Assembly: GCA_965227775.1 (NCBI GenBank)
Contig: OZ245777.1
Span: forward strand, 1,504,001 to 1,568,000
Source of the DNA: Phycisphaerales bacterium
Lineage (GTDB): Bacteria > Planctomycetota > Phycisphaerae > Phycisphaerales > UBA1924
Length of the DNA stretch: 64,000 nt
Direction: 5' to 3'
In this document: one piece after another, positions 48,449 through 57,624 of the stretch
How positions within the stretch are numbered: the stretch's first letter is position 1
How the letters are laid out: every line of letters starts with the position of its first letter
Made by a program: the position numbers and the translations under genes
Notes under the pieces: model-generated
What the model saw: only the letters and a program-made list of their open reading frames with translations
Told to the model about the DNA's origin: nothing
Database searches by the model: none

Positions 48449-48739
48449 TTAGCTTTCCTTCGAGGCGGCCTCGCGCTCGGCGCGACGCTGCTCGGGGCTC
48501 GGGCTCCGCTTCATGGTGCTCTTGGGCTGGTTGCGGCCGCGCAGACGGCGGAACAGCAGCTTCTCGAGCCGCTTGGCGTCCGGGTTGGCCATGATCGGGT
48601 CCTTACGCAGGTGGCGCAGGCGCTTGGCCGACTTGTGCGAGCTCAAGTGCTTGTGGTTCGCCGAGCGGTGGCGGACCTTGCCCGTCTTGGAGATACGGAT
48701 TCGCTTGAGCGTGCCCTTGTGAGGCTTGGTCTTCGGCAT
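48449..48739 (-). CDS. rpmI: 50S ribosomal protein L35 with C-terminal extension
   Basis: MPKTKPHKGTLKRIRISKTGKV..HLSSHKSAKRLRHLR; directly upstream of rplT. Confidence 0.92.
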   Translation of the reverse strand: MPKTKPHKGTLKRIRISKTGKVRHRSANHKHLSSHKSAKRLRHLRKDPIMANPDAKRLEKLLFRRLRGRNQPKSTMKRSPSPEQRRAEREAASKES

Positions 48740-48845
48740 GGCAATCAACCCTTTCCAGCCCCGCAGAGCCACGGCCCTGCGAGAGCGGAGATGCTAGGCG
48801 CTGACAGGGGCGAGGAGAAGCCAGCAGGAGGGGCGAAACCGGCCC

Positions 48846-50081
48846 TCAGGGCACCAGGAACGCGTCTTGCGGCCCGTCGGCCGTCTCTCGGCCGCGAAGG
48901 GTGGCCCGGCCGTCGCGCTCCAGGTCTCGCTCGACCACAGCTGGAAGCCAGATGTTGTCGCCGTTCTCCAGCACCGGGCTGGTGAGCCACACCACCCGGC
49001 CGTCGCCGAAGAGCACGTGCTGACCACGGCCGGCGAAGTTCGTCGAGTTCGCATCGGCCCGCGCGGCCTCTCCGCGCTTGCTGGGCGGCACGATGGGCGA
49101 GCGATCGGCCAAAACGGCGCTTTGGGGCGTCAGCAGCGAGGCACCGCCGTCCCGTCCGCCGCGGCCGAACATGTTCAGGTAGCTGTACGACACCTCGTCG
49201 AGAGAGCCCCAGTCGGTGGCGTCCTCGCCCGTCACGCTCGTGGGAGCCTGCGGGTTGGTCGGGCTGGCAAGCTGGGCTAGTTCAACAAACCGATCGCGGG
49301 CCAGCGTGAACAAGTTCGCAGAGTTCGAGTGGGCGGGGTTCTGGCCCACCTCCCACCAGGGGTTGCCCGCCAGCGAGGCCGAAGCCTGCGGCAGGGCGCC
49401 GTAGCTGCCCGCGTAGGCCGCCATTCCGTTGCCGACAGCCGCCATGCGGGCCGAGCTCACCGTTCGATAGTGGGCCTCGCGCATCGAGCTGAGCATGGGC
49501 CAGATCACCGATACGCCCACCACCAGCACCGCCGCGATCGACATGAGGTCGGCAAGGCGGATTCGGCCGGCGATCTCGGGCTGCGGATCAGGACGCTGCT
49601 GCGCGGGCGTCGCTGCCACGCGTGTCATGAGCTTGTCGACCAGGTCGCTCGAGGCTTGCGGCTCTGAGCCCTGGCTCACCAGGGTCGCCATGTCGTGCAG
49701 CCGCTCGGCCCGCTCGCGCAGGGGTGCCGGCACGCGGTCGACCGCGCCGCCGGCCAGCATCCATGCATCCAGAGCTTCCGCGTCCATCGGATTGAGCTCG
49801 GGCTGGGCCTCGGCGGCATCGCTCGAGACGCCCGAGCCACTGGCCCGCAGCACCCGCAGCATCGTCAGGTCGGTCAGCGTCGAGTCGGCCGAGATCGCGC
49901 TCTCGGCGTTCAGCAGCCCAAGCAACGCATCCAGACGCTGCTCGCGGGAGTTTGCGGGAGACTCCCCGTCGATCCAGCGGTCGACAGCCCGCGCGTCGGC
50001 CTCACTCAGATGCGCCTCTCCGTCAACGGTGTTGCGACCGTCGGAGCCGTAACTGGTTTGTGCGTCATCCTCGCGTGTCAT
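48846..50081 (-). CDS. putative anti-sigma factor with pilin-like TM helix and H-X9-DG-like C-terminal domain
   Basis: ATGA-coupled to an ECF sigma gene; internal IRLADLMSIAAVLVVGVSVIWPML..MRE..ARMAAVGNGMAAYA; NSTNFAGRGQHVLFGDG. Confidence 0.7.
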   Translation of the reverse strand: MTREDDAQTSYGSDGRNTVDGEAHLSEADARAVDRWIDGESPANSREQRLDALLGLLNAESAISADSTLTDLTMLRVLRASGSGVSSDAAEAQPELNPMDAEALDAWMLAGGAVDRVPAPLRERAERLHDMATLVSQGSEPQASSDLVDKLMTRVAATPAQQRPDPQPEIAGRIRLADLMSIAAVLVVGVSVIWPMLSSMREAHYRTVSSARMAAVGNGMAAYAGSYGALPQASASLAGNPWWEVGQNPAHSNSANLFTLARDRFVELAQLASPTNPQAPTSVTGEDATDWGSLDEVSYSYLNMFGRGGRDGGASLLTPQSAVLADRSPIVPPSKRGEAARADANSTNFAGRGQHVLFGDGRVVWLTSPVLENGDNIWLPAVVERDLERDGRATLRGRETADGPQDAFLVP

Positions 50082-50725
50082 TGGGCCGGGCCCCCCGCCT
50101 GACCGCCCGCCCGCTTCAGGTCGTGGCCCTGCTCGGTCAGGTTGTTCTCGTGCATGACGGCCTTCCAGTGCTTCGCGAACGACGCCACGGCCGCGTGCAA
50201 GCGGCTCTTGACGGTCCCCAGAGGGATCTCCAGGTCGTCGGCGATCTGGGCGTAGCTCAAACGTTGGAAGTAGGCCAAGAGCAGAATCTCCCTGAGCGTG
50301 GGCGAGAGCCGCTGCACCGCGTCCTGCACGAGGCGCTCCAGCTCCGCACGCTCCAGTCCCGCGTCGGGAGGGGGAATCTCGACCTCGAGCAGGTCGATGA
50401 ATGTGGCCCCCTCACCATCGCTGGCGATCGGCGCGTTCAATTCGCTCGCCGGCCGCCTGCCCTTCTTACGCAGGTAGTCCCGCCCCTTGTTCGCCGCGAT
50501 CGTGAATAACCACGGCTTGAACCTCCGAGAAGTATCGAAGCTGGCCGCAGAAGTATGCACCTGCAGGAACGTGTCCTGAAACACGTCCTCCGCGGCGTGG
50601 GCCGAGCCGGTGAGGCGGTAAAGGAAACGCACCAGATCGTTCCGATAACGCTCAACAAGCCGCCGGAACGCGTCAAGATCGCCCGCGCGATACTGCTCGA
50701 ATAGCCGCTCGTCGGGTTCTGGCAA
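50078..50725 (-). CDS. ECF RNA polymerase sigma factor
   Basis: AEDVFQDTFL, FKPWLFTIAAN, YAQIADDLEIPLGTVKSRLH; TTG start with GGAG 7 nt upstream. Confidence 0.92.
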   Translation of the reverse strand: MPEPDERLFEQYRAGDLDAFRRLVERYRNDLVRFLYRLTGSAHAAEDVFQDTFLQVHTSAASFDTSRRFKPWLFTIAANKGRDYLRKKGRRPASELNAPIASDGEGATFIDLLEVEIPPPDAGLERAELERLVQDAVQRLSPTLREILLLAYFQRLSYAQIADDLEIPLGTVKSRLHAAVASFAKHWKAVMHENNLTEQGHDLKRAGGQAGGPAQ

Positions 50726-50846
50726 TTCATGGCTCCGGGCAGGGCGGCAGGTCGGGCGCAGCGGTGGCGGCGTTCGACCCGTGTCTACGGACGCCGGGAT
50801 GAACGCGTTCGCCCTTCGGCAGGATCAGGGCCTACCACAGACCTGC

Positions 50847-51194
50847 CTATCGGGCCAGACCAGCCTCGATCACCACCTCGCCCACGCTTCGGCTGAGTTT
50901 CAGCGGGCCTTCGGGTGGGAAGAGCTCCTTGCCCTCGGCGCGCAGCGGTACTGCCGGTCCGTTCTCGTACCGGGCAAAGGCCTCGGCGGATTCGAACACG
51001 TAGCGGCAGTCGATGCGGATCGATTCACCCGGGTCGCCGTCGACCCGGACGATCTGGGCGCTCAGACCGCCGGCCTCGACCACGTCGGCGGCGTGGCCGG
51101 TGCGGCCCGCGTCAGGGTCGCCTGCCAGCCAGTCGATGAATCGGTCGGCCTCGGCGGGGTCGGTGGTGGAGGCGGTTACGGTGTAGGCAAGCAT
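50847..51194 (-). CDS. DUF4286-like small protein
   Basis: YTVT..FIDWL..GHAADV..RYVF.S.EAFARY...A..LRAEG..LF pattern. Confidence 0.7.
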   Translation of the reverse strand: MLAYTVTASTTDPAEADRFIDWLAGDPDAGRTGHAADVVEAGGLSAQIVRVDGDPGESIRIDCRYVFESAEAFARYENGPAVPLRAEGKELFPPEGPLKLSRSVGEVVIEAGLAR

Positions 51195-51274
51195 GGTGCT
51201 GAGGCTATCCAGCGGCCGATGCAATCGACGCGAGCATCCTTCGTTGGCCCACGGGGGTCAGAAGCCGAGCGGGC

Positions 51275-51868
51275 ATGCCCAGCAACGACCGAGAACGACA
51301 TCCCGACGCAGTGGCGGACGAAGCCCGAGTCCGAGCGCTCGTGCTGCGCGCTGGCGATGGCGACCAAGACGCGTGGCGCGACCTCGTGGACGAGTACGCC
51401 CGCCGCGTGTATGGGCTGATTCGCAGCCGCGGGTGCGACCCGGCCCGGGCCGAGGAGATCACCCAAAGCGTGTTCGTGACGGTGGCCCGCGTACTGGGGC
51501 AGGGTCGGTACGAGGAGCAGGGCCGTTTCGAGGCCTGGCTCTTCCGCATCGCCATGAACCGCCTGCGGGACGATGCGAGGGCCCGCAAACGGCACTCCAC
51601 CCACGAACTGGGCGATGCAGCCCAGGGCCTCGCTTCGGGCCCACCCGAAGAGCACGAGGAGACCGACGGGCTCAGGGCCGCCCTCGAGGGGCTGCCACCA
51701 GCCGACCGCGAGGTCATCGAGCTCCGCCATCGGGCCGACATGAGCTTCAAGCAGATCGCTGAGATGCTCGAGCAGCCGCTCGGCACGGTGCTGGCCCGCC
51801 ACCACAGGGCGCTTCGCAAGCTCCGATCCGTGCTGGAGGCGGCAGAGGCACGAGAATCGACCGCGTAG
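51275..51868 (+). CDS. ECF RNA polymerase sigma factor
   Basis: AEEITQSVF, FEAWLFRIAMN, SFKQIAEMLEQPLGTVLARHHRA. Confidence 0.92.
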   Translation: MPSNDRERHPDAVADEARVRALVLRAGDGDQDAWRDLVDEYARRVYGLIRSRGCDPARAEEITQSVFVTVARVLGQGRYEEQGRFEAWLFRIAMNRLRDDARARKRHSTHELGDAAQGLASGPPEEHEETDGLRAALEGLPPADREVIELRHRADMSFKQIAEMLEQPLGTVLARHHRALRKLRSVLEAAEARESTA

Positions 51869-51942
51869 GGCGTTTTCGGACGCCCGAGGACGCATTAAAC
51901 TGGCGTCGGCGGCGTTGGACGGATTGAATCGGAGGGGATTCC

Positions 51943-52419
51943 ATGGCGGCTTCCAACGAACACGACATGCAACGCGAGAGCGAGCACATTCCAGAAGACG
52001 TTCGCGGCGTCGCCGACCAGGTGCGCGCCTTGCCGAGCGACGCGCCCGAAGGCCTCGAGGCCCGGGTGTACGACGCCTCGATCGGGGCGCTGCGCGATGG
52101 TCGCTCGCAACGCGGAGGCGTGCTCGCGAAGATTGGCCCCGTCAGGTGGATGGCGCCCATCGCGGCGGCCGCCGCCGTCGGCCTGCTCGCGTGGGCCGGG
52201 GCGACGTGGATGGCTCCGCCCGCCCCATCGCACAGCCAACCGACCGCGGTGAGCACGGTGGCGCTCGACGAGCACGTCGACGCCGTGCTCGAGTACGCCG
52301 ATCTGTTTGCCGACGACGCCTGGACTGAAACGCTCGCGGAAGATGCCGAGTCGCTCGACGATGCATGGGAGCCAAGCGTCGAGACGTGGTCGCTCGAAGG
52401 CGAAGTGGGGGCAGGCTGA
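51943..52419 (+). CDS. putative single-TM anti-sigma factor
   Basis: Follows an ECF sigma gene; APEGLEARV, TM WMAPIAAAAAVGLLAW, acidic tail; GGAGG RBS. Confidence 0.65.
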   Translation: MAASNEHDMQRESEHIPEDVRGVADQVRALPSDAPEGLEARVYDASIGALRDGRSQRGGVLAKIGPVRWMAPIAAAAAVGLLAWAGATWMAPPAPSHSQPTAVSTVALDEHVDAVLEYADLFADDAWTETLAEDAESLDDAWEPSVETWSLEGEVGAG

Positions 52420-53339
52420 TGCTGATCCGCCGCACTTCGCTCAGGTCCATGTTGCTCGCTGGCGTTGTCGCGCTGGCCCACTGCGCCGTTGTCCCGAGCC
52501 TCGCGCTCGCCCAGGACGAGCCCGAGCCAGCCGAAGAAGCTTCGCCGGCTGATTCCGGCCGCCTGGCCGCGCTCGTAGAGCGTCGGCTCGAGCAAGCCGA
52601 GCAGCAACAGGCACGACTGCGCGAGATCAAGCGTCGGCTGGAAGCCGGCGAGTCGGCGATCAACATCCTCTCTGATCTGCGTGAGCGCGGTGAGATGGGC
52701 GTGCTCGGCGAGATGGCCCGTGGTCCGGAACGACCGGGCCAGCGCCGCTTCCGCGATGGTGATCCGCCGCGTGAGGATGACGCAGACCCGCAGGACTTCG
52801 TGCTCGTGCGCAACCGCGTGATGGCGTTCTTCGAGCGTCACGCACCCGAACTCGCCGACCGTTTGCAGGCCGAGGGTGACTCCGAGGAAGCCCGCCGGGC
52901 CGTGATGCGGCTACGTCGCGAGGTGGAACGGCTGATCGAGCTGCGCGAACAGGGCTCCGATGAATTCGAGCCGACCCTCGAACGCCTTCGCAACGGCATG
53001 CGCATCGCCGACGTGCTGGGCAAGGTGCGCGCTGGGGCCCAAGCCGGCACGCTGACGCCCGAAGCGCTGCGCGAGCTTCGCCGGGACCTGACCGAACTCG
53101 TTGCGACGCAGTTCGACGCGCAGCTCGCCGCCAGGGCCAAGTGGCTGGAACGCATGAGCGAACGCCTGCGCGGCGCCCGTGCCAAGCTCGAGCGCGAGCA
53201 GGCAGAGCGTTCGCAGCGCATCGAGGCCGAGGTGCAAGCCATGCTTGATCGCGCGACGAATCCGCGCGAGCCACAGGGGCGACGCGAGCCGGGCTCCGAG
53301 CAGCGCGAGCAAGGCCAAGAGCGGCGCCGCCCGCGTTAA
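52419..53339 (+). CDS. secreted coiled-coil, Arg/Glu-rich protein (Spy/CpxP-like context)
   Basis: Signal peptide ending ALA; long helical heptads; TGATG overlap with the upstream gene. Confidence 0.7.
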   Translation: MLIRRTSLRSMLLAGVVALAHCAVVPSLALAQDEPEPAEEASPADSGRLAALVERRLEQAEQQQARLREIKRRLEAGESAINILSDLRERGEMGVLGEMARGPERPGQRRFRDGDPPREDDADPQDFVLVRNRVMAFFERHAPELADRLQAEGDSEEARRAVMRLRREVERLIELREQGSDEFEPTLERLRNGMRIADVLGKVRAGAQAGTLTPEALRELRRDLTELVATQFDAQLAARAKWLERMSERLRGARAKLEREQAERSQRIEAEVQAMLDRATNPREPQGRREPGSEQREQGQERRRPR

Positions 53340-53352
53340 GCAATCGCTCGTC

Positions 53353-53766
53353 TTAGCTCACGATCGAGCCGGGCGGCAGGTCGGCCATCGGGCTCAGCAA
53401 CACCACGGTGCGCTCTTCCTGGCCCTTGGCCGCGTCGCTGCCAGCGAGCAACATGCCGCGGCTTTCTTCGCCCCGCAGCTGACGTGGCGCAAGGTTCGCA
53501 ACGATCACGATGCTCTTGCCGACCAAGTCCTCGGGCTTGTAGTGACCCTTGATGCCCGCGCAGATCTGCCGCGGCGTGCCGCTGCCATCATCGAGCGTGA
53601 GCTTCAGCAGTCGGTCGGCCTTGGGGTGATCGACGGCCTCAAGCACCTTCGCCACGCGCAGATCGACGCGGGCGAAGTCCTCAAACACGATCTCGGGCTT
53701 GAACGGCGATTCGGTCTCGGCGGCGTCGGGCTTCGTGGCCTCGGCGGCCTGGGGCGTTTCGGACAT
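53353..53766 (-). CDS. stand-alone tRNA-binding OB-fold protein (MetRS beta / Trbp111 / CsaA family)
   Basis: FEDFARVDLRVAKV, HPKADRLL, RQICAGI, VANLAPRQLRGEESRGMLLA. Confidence 0.9.
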   Translation of the reverse strand: MSETPQAAEATKPDAAETESPFKPEIVFEDFARVDLRVAKVLEAVDHPKADRLLKLTLDDGSGTPRQICAGIKGHYKPEDLVGKSIVIVANLAPRQLRGEESRGMLLAGSDAAKGQEERTVVLLSPMADLPPGSIVS

Positions 53767-53794
53767 GCTGCGGCTCCTTGGTGAAGGAGCCAGT

Positions 53795-54826
53795 CTACGG
53801 CTGCGGCGCCGCGTCTTCCGCTGCCTCTTCGCTTGCCGGCGCTGCAGATGCCGTGGGCGGCTCGATCCACTGCCCAACGCGCCACAGCGTCCGCTCTACG
53901 TCGATGCCGTACCGTGCGGCGAGCAACTCGGGCACGCGATCGGGATCGGGATCGAGCAGCGGTGCGCCGCCGTCGGCGGCGATCTGGGCGCCCCAGCTCT
54001 GGTGGATGCCCCGGAGCAGCCGGCTCTCGAATCGCAGGTGATCGAGGAACTCCTGCTCGCTCATCGGCGGGCCCGGGTTGCCGCGGCACGTCGGGCAGAT
54101 GAGCGTCTCGACGCCGTCCTCGCCCCGGCGCGTGATCACGCGAGAGCCGCCGCACTCCAGGTCGGGCCAGTCGCGCAGGGCACGCTCGAACCGGCTGACC
54201 CCGCTCAGCCCGCCGCGACCGCCGAGCAATCGTCCGTATCGCTCGAACACGTCGCGCACGGCCTCGTCCTCGTAGAGCCGCGCCGCCCGCCTTCCCTCGC
54301 CAGAGCGAGCGAGCCCCAGCGCGTTTGCCGCCGCGAGGGCGACGTCGGGAGACACGGCGAGGTTCGTGACCCCGGCGCCGGCGCCGCGCGTTGCCCTCGG
54401 GTCGACAAGGCCCGCGACGGCGTAGAGCCACGCCGAGCCCTCGTCGGTCGCCTCGAGCGACGCGAGCCCGAGGCATGCGCCGGCCATGACCTCGGGCCGG
54501 TTACGGGTCCTTCGCTCAAGGTCGTACGCCACAGCATACAGGTGACGCGACAGGTCTCGATCCTCTGGCGAGCCGGTCTCGGAGCTGACCTCCTCGGCGA
54601 GTTCCAGGTAGGCCATCGCATCGCTCGCATCGAGCGCGGTCAGGCGCTCATTCAGGAGCTTGATGCGTTGCGACGCCGTGCGCATCGGCTCGGGCGAGGG
54701 TTCCGCTTCCGGCTCGGGCGTCGGAGCTTCGGCAGGTTGCTCGGGCTCGCCGACTGGCGGGGCGAACTGTGCGAACGCGCCGCTCGCAAACAGCAGGGCC
54801 GAAACCAGCATCACACACGACTTCAT
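53795..54826 (-). CDS. secreted hypothetical protein with partial zinc-finger (CPTCRG)
   Basis: Signal peptide ending AFA; LECGG..ICPTCRGNPG; ATGA overlap with the upstream gene. Confidence 0.7.
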   Translation of the reverse strand: MKSCVMLVSALLFASGAFAQFAPPVGEPEQPAEAPTPEPEAEPSPEPMRTASQRIKLLNERLTALDASDAMAYLELAEEVSSETGSPEDRDLSRHLYAVAYDLERRTRNRPEVMAGACLGLASLEATDEGSAWLYAVAGLVDPRATRGAGAGVTNLAVSPDVALAAANALGLARSGEGRRAARLYEDEAVRDVFERYGRLLGGRGGLSGVSRFERALRDWPDLECGGSRVITRRGEDGVETLICPTCRGNPGPPMSEQEFLDHLRFESRLLRGIHQSWGAQIAADGGAPLLDPDPDRVPELLAARYGIDVERTLWRVGQWIEPPTASAAPASEEAAEDAAPQP

Positions 54827-57624
54827 TGGGGTCCTCCGCTTGCAGCATCGGCCAGCTTCAATCGCCATGCTTCCAGGCGGGCACGTTCGACGATCGAGAT
54901 CTGGTGCAGCACCCCGCGCGCGTCGCGCCGGTTTTCTTGCATCTGCGTAAGCAGGTCCGAGAGGCGCATCGCCATCGAAGGGCGCTCCGCCGCAGCGTTG
55001 TAGAGCGTGATCTCGACCAGCGCCGATTGGTACGCCGCGAACCACTGCACGCGGCCCTGTGCCAGGCGCGTGCGCCCCGCCAGGCGCCGGTCGACTTCGC
55101 CCGGGCCGAGCGGCCAGATCGCCGGCGGCACGACGCGATCGGCACGCTGCCGGGCGCGGTTCCACATGAGCTCGGCCGAGAGCTCGGGCGGGTTGTCCGC
55201 CTGGGCTGATGTAGCCGAGCCGATGGAAAGGCTGCGCGTGTAGGCCTCGGCGATCGCAGCCGCGGCTCGATCGATGCGGGCCAGCTCGCCCTCGGCGGCA
55301 AGCAACTGAAGCAGGCGCTCAACCAGCGTGCGCCGCGCGACGAGTTCCCAGGACTCGCCCGAGGGCAGGCGCACGCCCGTCACCATCTCGACCATCTGAC
55401 GCCGGCGGAACTCACCGCCCGGAAGCGGGAAGGCCTCGAGCACGGCAGCGATCACCACGGGCTTGCTCGCGTGTCCGGTCAGGATGGTGCTGGCTCGTTC
55501 CCGCACGGTGGCCGTCGAGCCTCGGAGGAACGCGAGCGTCACCAGCTCGGCTTCGACGGCGTGCTGCGGCCCGCTGCGCATGAGCTCGTCGAGGAGGTCG
55601 GCTTGCAACTCTGGGCGTCGCTGCTCCAAGTATCGCAGGGCCCATGGGCTCGGGTCGCTGTGGCTTGCCATGTAGATCGATCGCGTGCCCGCGGTCGTCT
55701 GCGCGGCCTGGACACCGAGGTCATCGCGCAGCTGCAGCAGCACGACGTCGGCCTCGTTGGCCAGGCCCTGCCAGAGAAGCTCGGCTGCGGTGTTGAGCCG
55801 CGCCGAGACGGCGGCATCGACGGCGCGCGCCACCTGCGGGTCTTCGGGCTGTGTTTCGAGATGGCGACGGGCCTCGCCCAGCCAGCGGCTCGTGACTTCG
55901 CCGTGGGCAATCGCCGACTGCACATTCCACGCAGCGGCGAAGCGATCGCGCACCTGCGAACGTTGTGCCGAGCTTGCGAGCACGGGCAGCACCATCGTCG
56001 GGTCGACGCCCGGCGCGCCCGACGCCGTGGCGAGCACGTTGGTCACGGCGTGGAGGTCGGCGATGGTAACCGCCGGATCATCAAACCACGCCAGCAGTCG
56101 CGAGCGCGACTCGTCCTCCGGCCGCCACGGTAGTGATACCACAAGCCGGCGCACGATCTGGAACACACGCTCGTCCGTCGGCTCCGGTCCGCGCAGGAGG
56201 ACTGCTTCCAGCCCGGCGATCATCAATCGCTGGCCGAGCTGCGGCTCGCTGGTGACCATGCCTTCGACTGCCTGGAGCCAGGCCTCCCACGCGTCCGGAT
56301 CTGCATTGAAGTCGTTTGTGCCGACGAGCGACGCGAGTTCGGCGCGCAGCGCAATGGTGACGCCCGCCGAGAAGTCACTGACGGCCCGAGCCTCGACCGG
56401 CGCCTGCGTGAGCAAGAAGCCTCGCAGCCCCTCGACCGCGGCGGAGGGAAGGTCCTGTTCCCTGTTCAGCCGCACGACGGCGCCCACCTGCCAGGCGCGC
56501 GCCGCCAGCGTTGGTTCACTGCTCTCCGAGAGCGGCCCTGTGAGGAACGCCACCACGCGCCGGATGGCGAGTTCGTCGTCTCGCACGAGGTAGAGATGGT
56601 CGATGACCAGGCCCAGCGCGGCCTGTCGCTGATCGGGCCGCACCTGCGGCCAGTTGTTCGCGAGCGTCACGACGGCCCGCTCGAACACGGGCTGTGCCGA
56701 TGCCTCGCCCTTGCGGCGGCGCTCTGCCGCCAGGCGCAGATCGGTGACGATGGTGTCGATGCGGGTGTCCGGCGTTGCCTCCGCAGTGCGTTCGGCTTCC
56801 GCCTGCCGCTCTGCTTCGGCGATCGCTCTTGCCTGCTGCTCGGGCGTTGGGCCTCCTGGCGTTGTCGCCTCAGGCTGTATCTCCGCTTGTGCTGCTTGCT
56901 GCGCGGCTTGCCCCGAATTCCGCATCACCGGGATAGCGATGAGCACCGCGGCCGCCGCGACCAGCGTGAGCACGACGGCGACAGCCATTGCGCCAAGCAG
57001 CGCGAGATCGTTGTTCGCAACGTGCGTTGGCCCCGCGTCGGTGGGGGCGAAGCGGCCTGGGTCGGTTACGCCATCATCGCCGGCGCCCGAGCCACTGGGC
57101 GAACTGGAGAGTGCCGGCCCGCTCTGCCTCGCGAGTCGGGTCAGCGCGACGGCAAGATCATCGCCTGTCAGCCCGCGCGCGTGTGCGAGCATGGACAGAT
57201 GCCGCATGGTCGTCGCGTTCCATCCGCCGTGAGCACCGAGTGCGAGCACCGCGTCCTGCTGCAATGCGAGGTGAGCGGGCGGAAGCTGCCTGGGCCTGTC
57301 CCACCGCGCCGGCAGATCGGCTTGCGAATCCTCCTCGATGACGAATCCGCTGCCGCGACGGCGGTTGCCCAGCAGCTGTGCGGCCGCTGCGTGCAGCGCG
57401 AGCCGAGCTTCGTCACCCAGCGGCGTGCCGCCGTAGCGATGAGAGTTCACGCGCGCCAGACGCTCGTTGAGCGCGGCAACGATCTCGCCGTCATCGGTGT
57501 GCTCGGCATCGACGCCCAGCAGTCCGGCAGAATCCGTCCCTGGGTCGAGGCCAAGGATGCCCGCGATGGCCGCTTCGCGAGGTGTGGGCTGTGGGCGTGG
57601 AGGCGGCGGAGGCGCGTTGCTCAT
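54823..57624 (-). CDS. large single-TM helical protein with degenerate J-domain-like N-terminus
   Basis: 933-aa ORF in the operon; LLGV...EIVAALNERLARVNSH...ARLALHAAAAQLL; TM near aa 207-233; long helical C-terminal part. Confidence 0.75.
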   Translation of the reverse strand: MSNAPPPPPRPQPTPREAAIAGILGLDPGTDSAGLLGVDAEHTDDGEIVAALNERLARVNSHRYGGTPLGDEARLALHAAAAQLLGNRRRGSGFVIEEDSQADLPARWDRPRQLPPAHLALQQDAVLALGAHGGWNATTMRHLSMLAHARGLTGDDLAVALTRLARQSGPALSSSPSGSGAGDDGVTDPGRFAPTDAGPTHVANNDLALLGAMAVAVVLTLVAAAAVLIAIPVMRNSGQAAQQAAQAEIQPEATTPGGPTPEQQARAIAEAERQAEAERTAEATPDTRIDTIVTDLRLAAERRRKGEASAQPVFERAVVTLANNWPQVRPDQRQAALGLVIDHLYLVRDDELAIRRVVAFLTGPLSESSEPTLAARAWQVGAVVRLNREQDLPSAAVEGLRGFLLTQAPVEARAVSDFSAGVTIALRAELASLVGTNDFNADPDAWEAWLQAVEGMVTSEPQLGQRLMIAGLEAVLLRGPEPTDERVFQIVRRLVVSLPWRPEDESRSRLLAWFDDPAVTIADLHAVTNVLATASGAPGVDPTMVLPVLASSAQRSQVRDRFAAAWNVQSAIAHGEVTSRWLGEARRHLETQPEDPQVARAVDAAVSARLNTAAELLWQGLANEADVVLLQLRDDLGVQAAQTTAGTRSIYMASHSDPSPWALRYLEQRRPELQADLLDELMRSGPQHAVEAELVTLAFLRGSTATVRERASTILTGHASKPVVIAAVLEAFPLPGGEFRRRQMVEMVTGVRLPSGESWELVARRTLVERLLQLLAAEGELARIDRAAAAIAEAYTRSLSIGSATSAQADNPPELSAELMWNRARQRADRVVPPAIWPLGPGEVDRRLAGRTRLAQGRVQWFAAYQSALVEITLYNAAAERPSMAMRLSDLLTQMQENRRDARGVLHQISIVERARLEAWRLKLADAASGGPQ

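Noticed and set aside
48740..48845. Possible L20 leader RNA upstream of rpmI
   Set aside because: No recognisable conserved structure by eye; needs a covariance-model search
50437..50730. ATG-started 97-aa ORF suggesting a frameshifted sigma start
   Set aside because: The in-frame TTG at 50725 has a properly spaced GGAG and gives a complete ECF sigma factor
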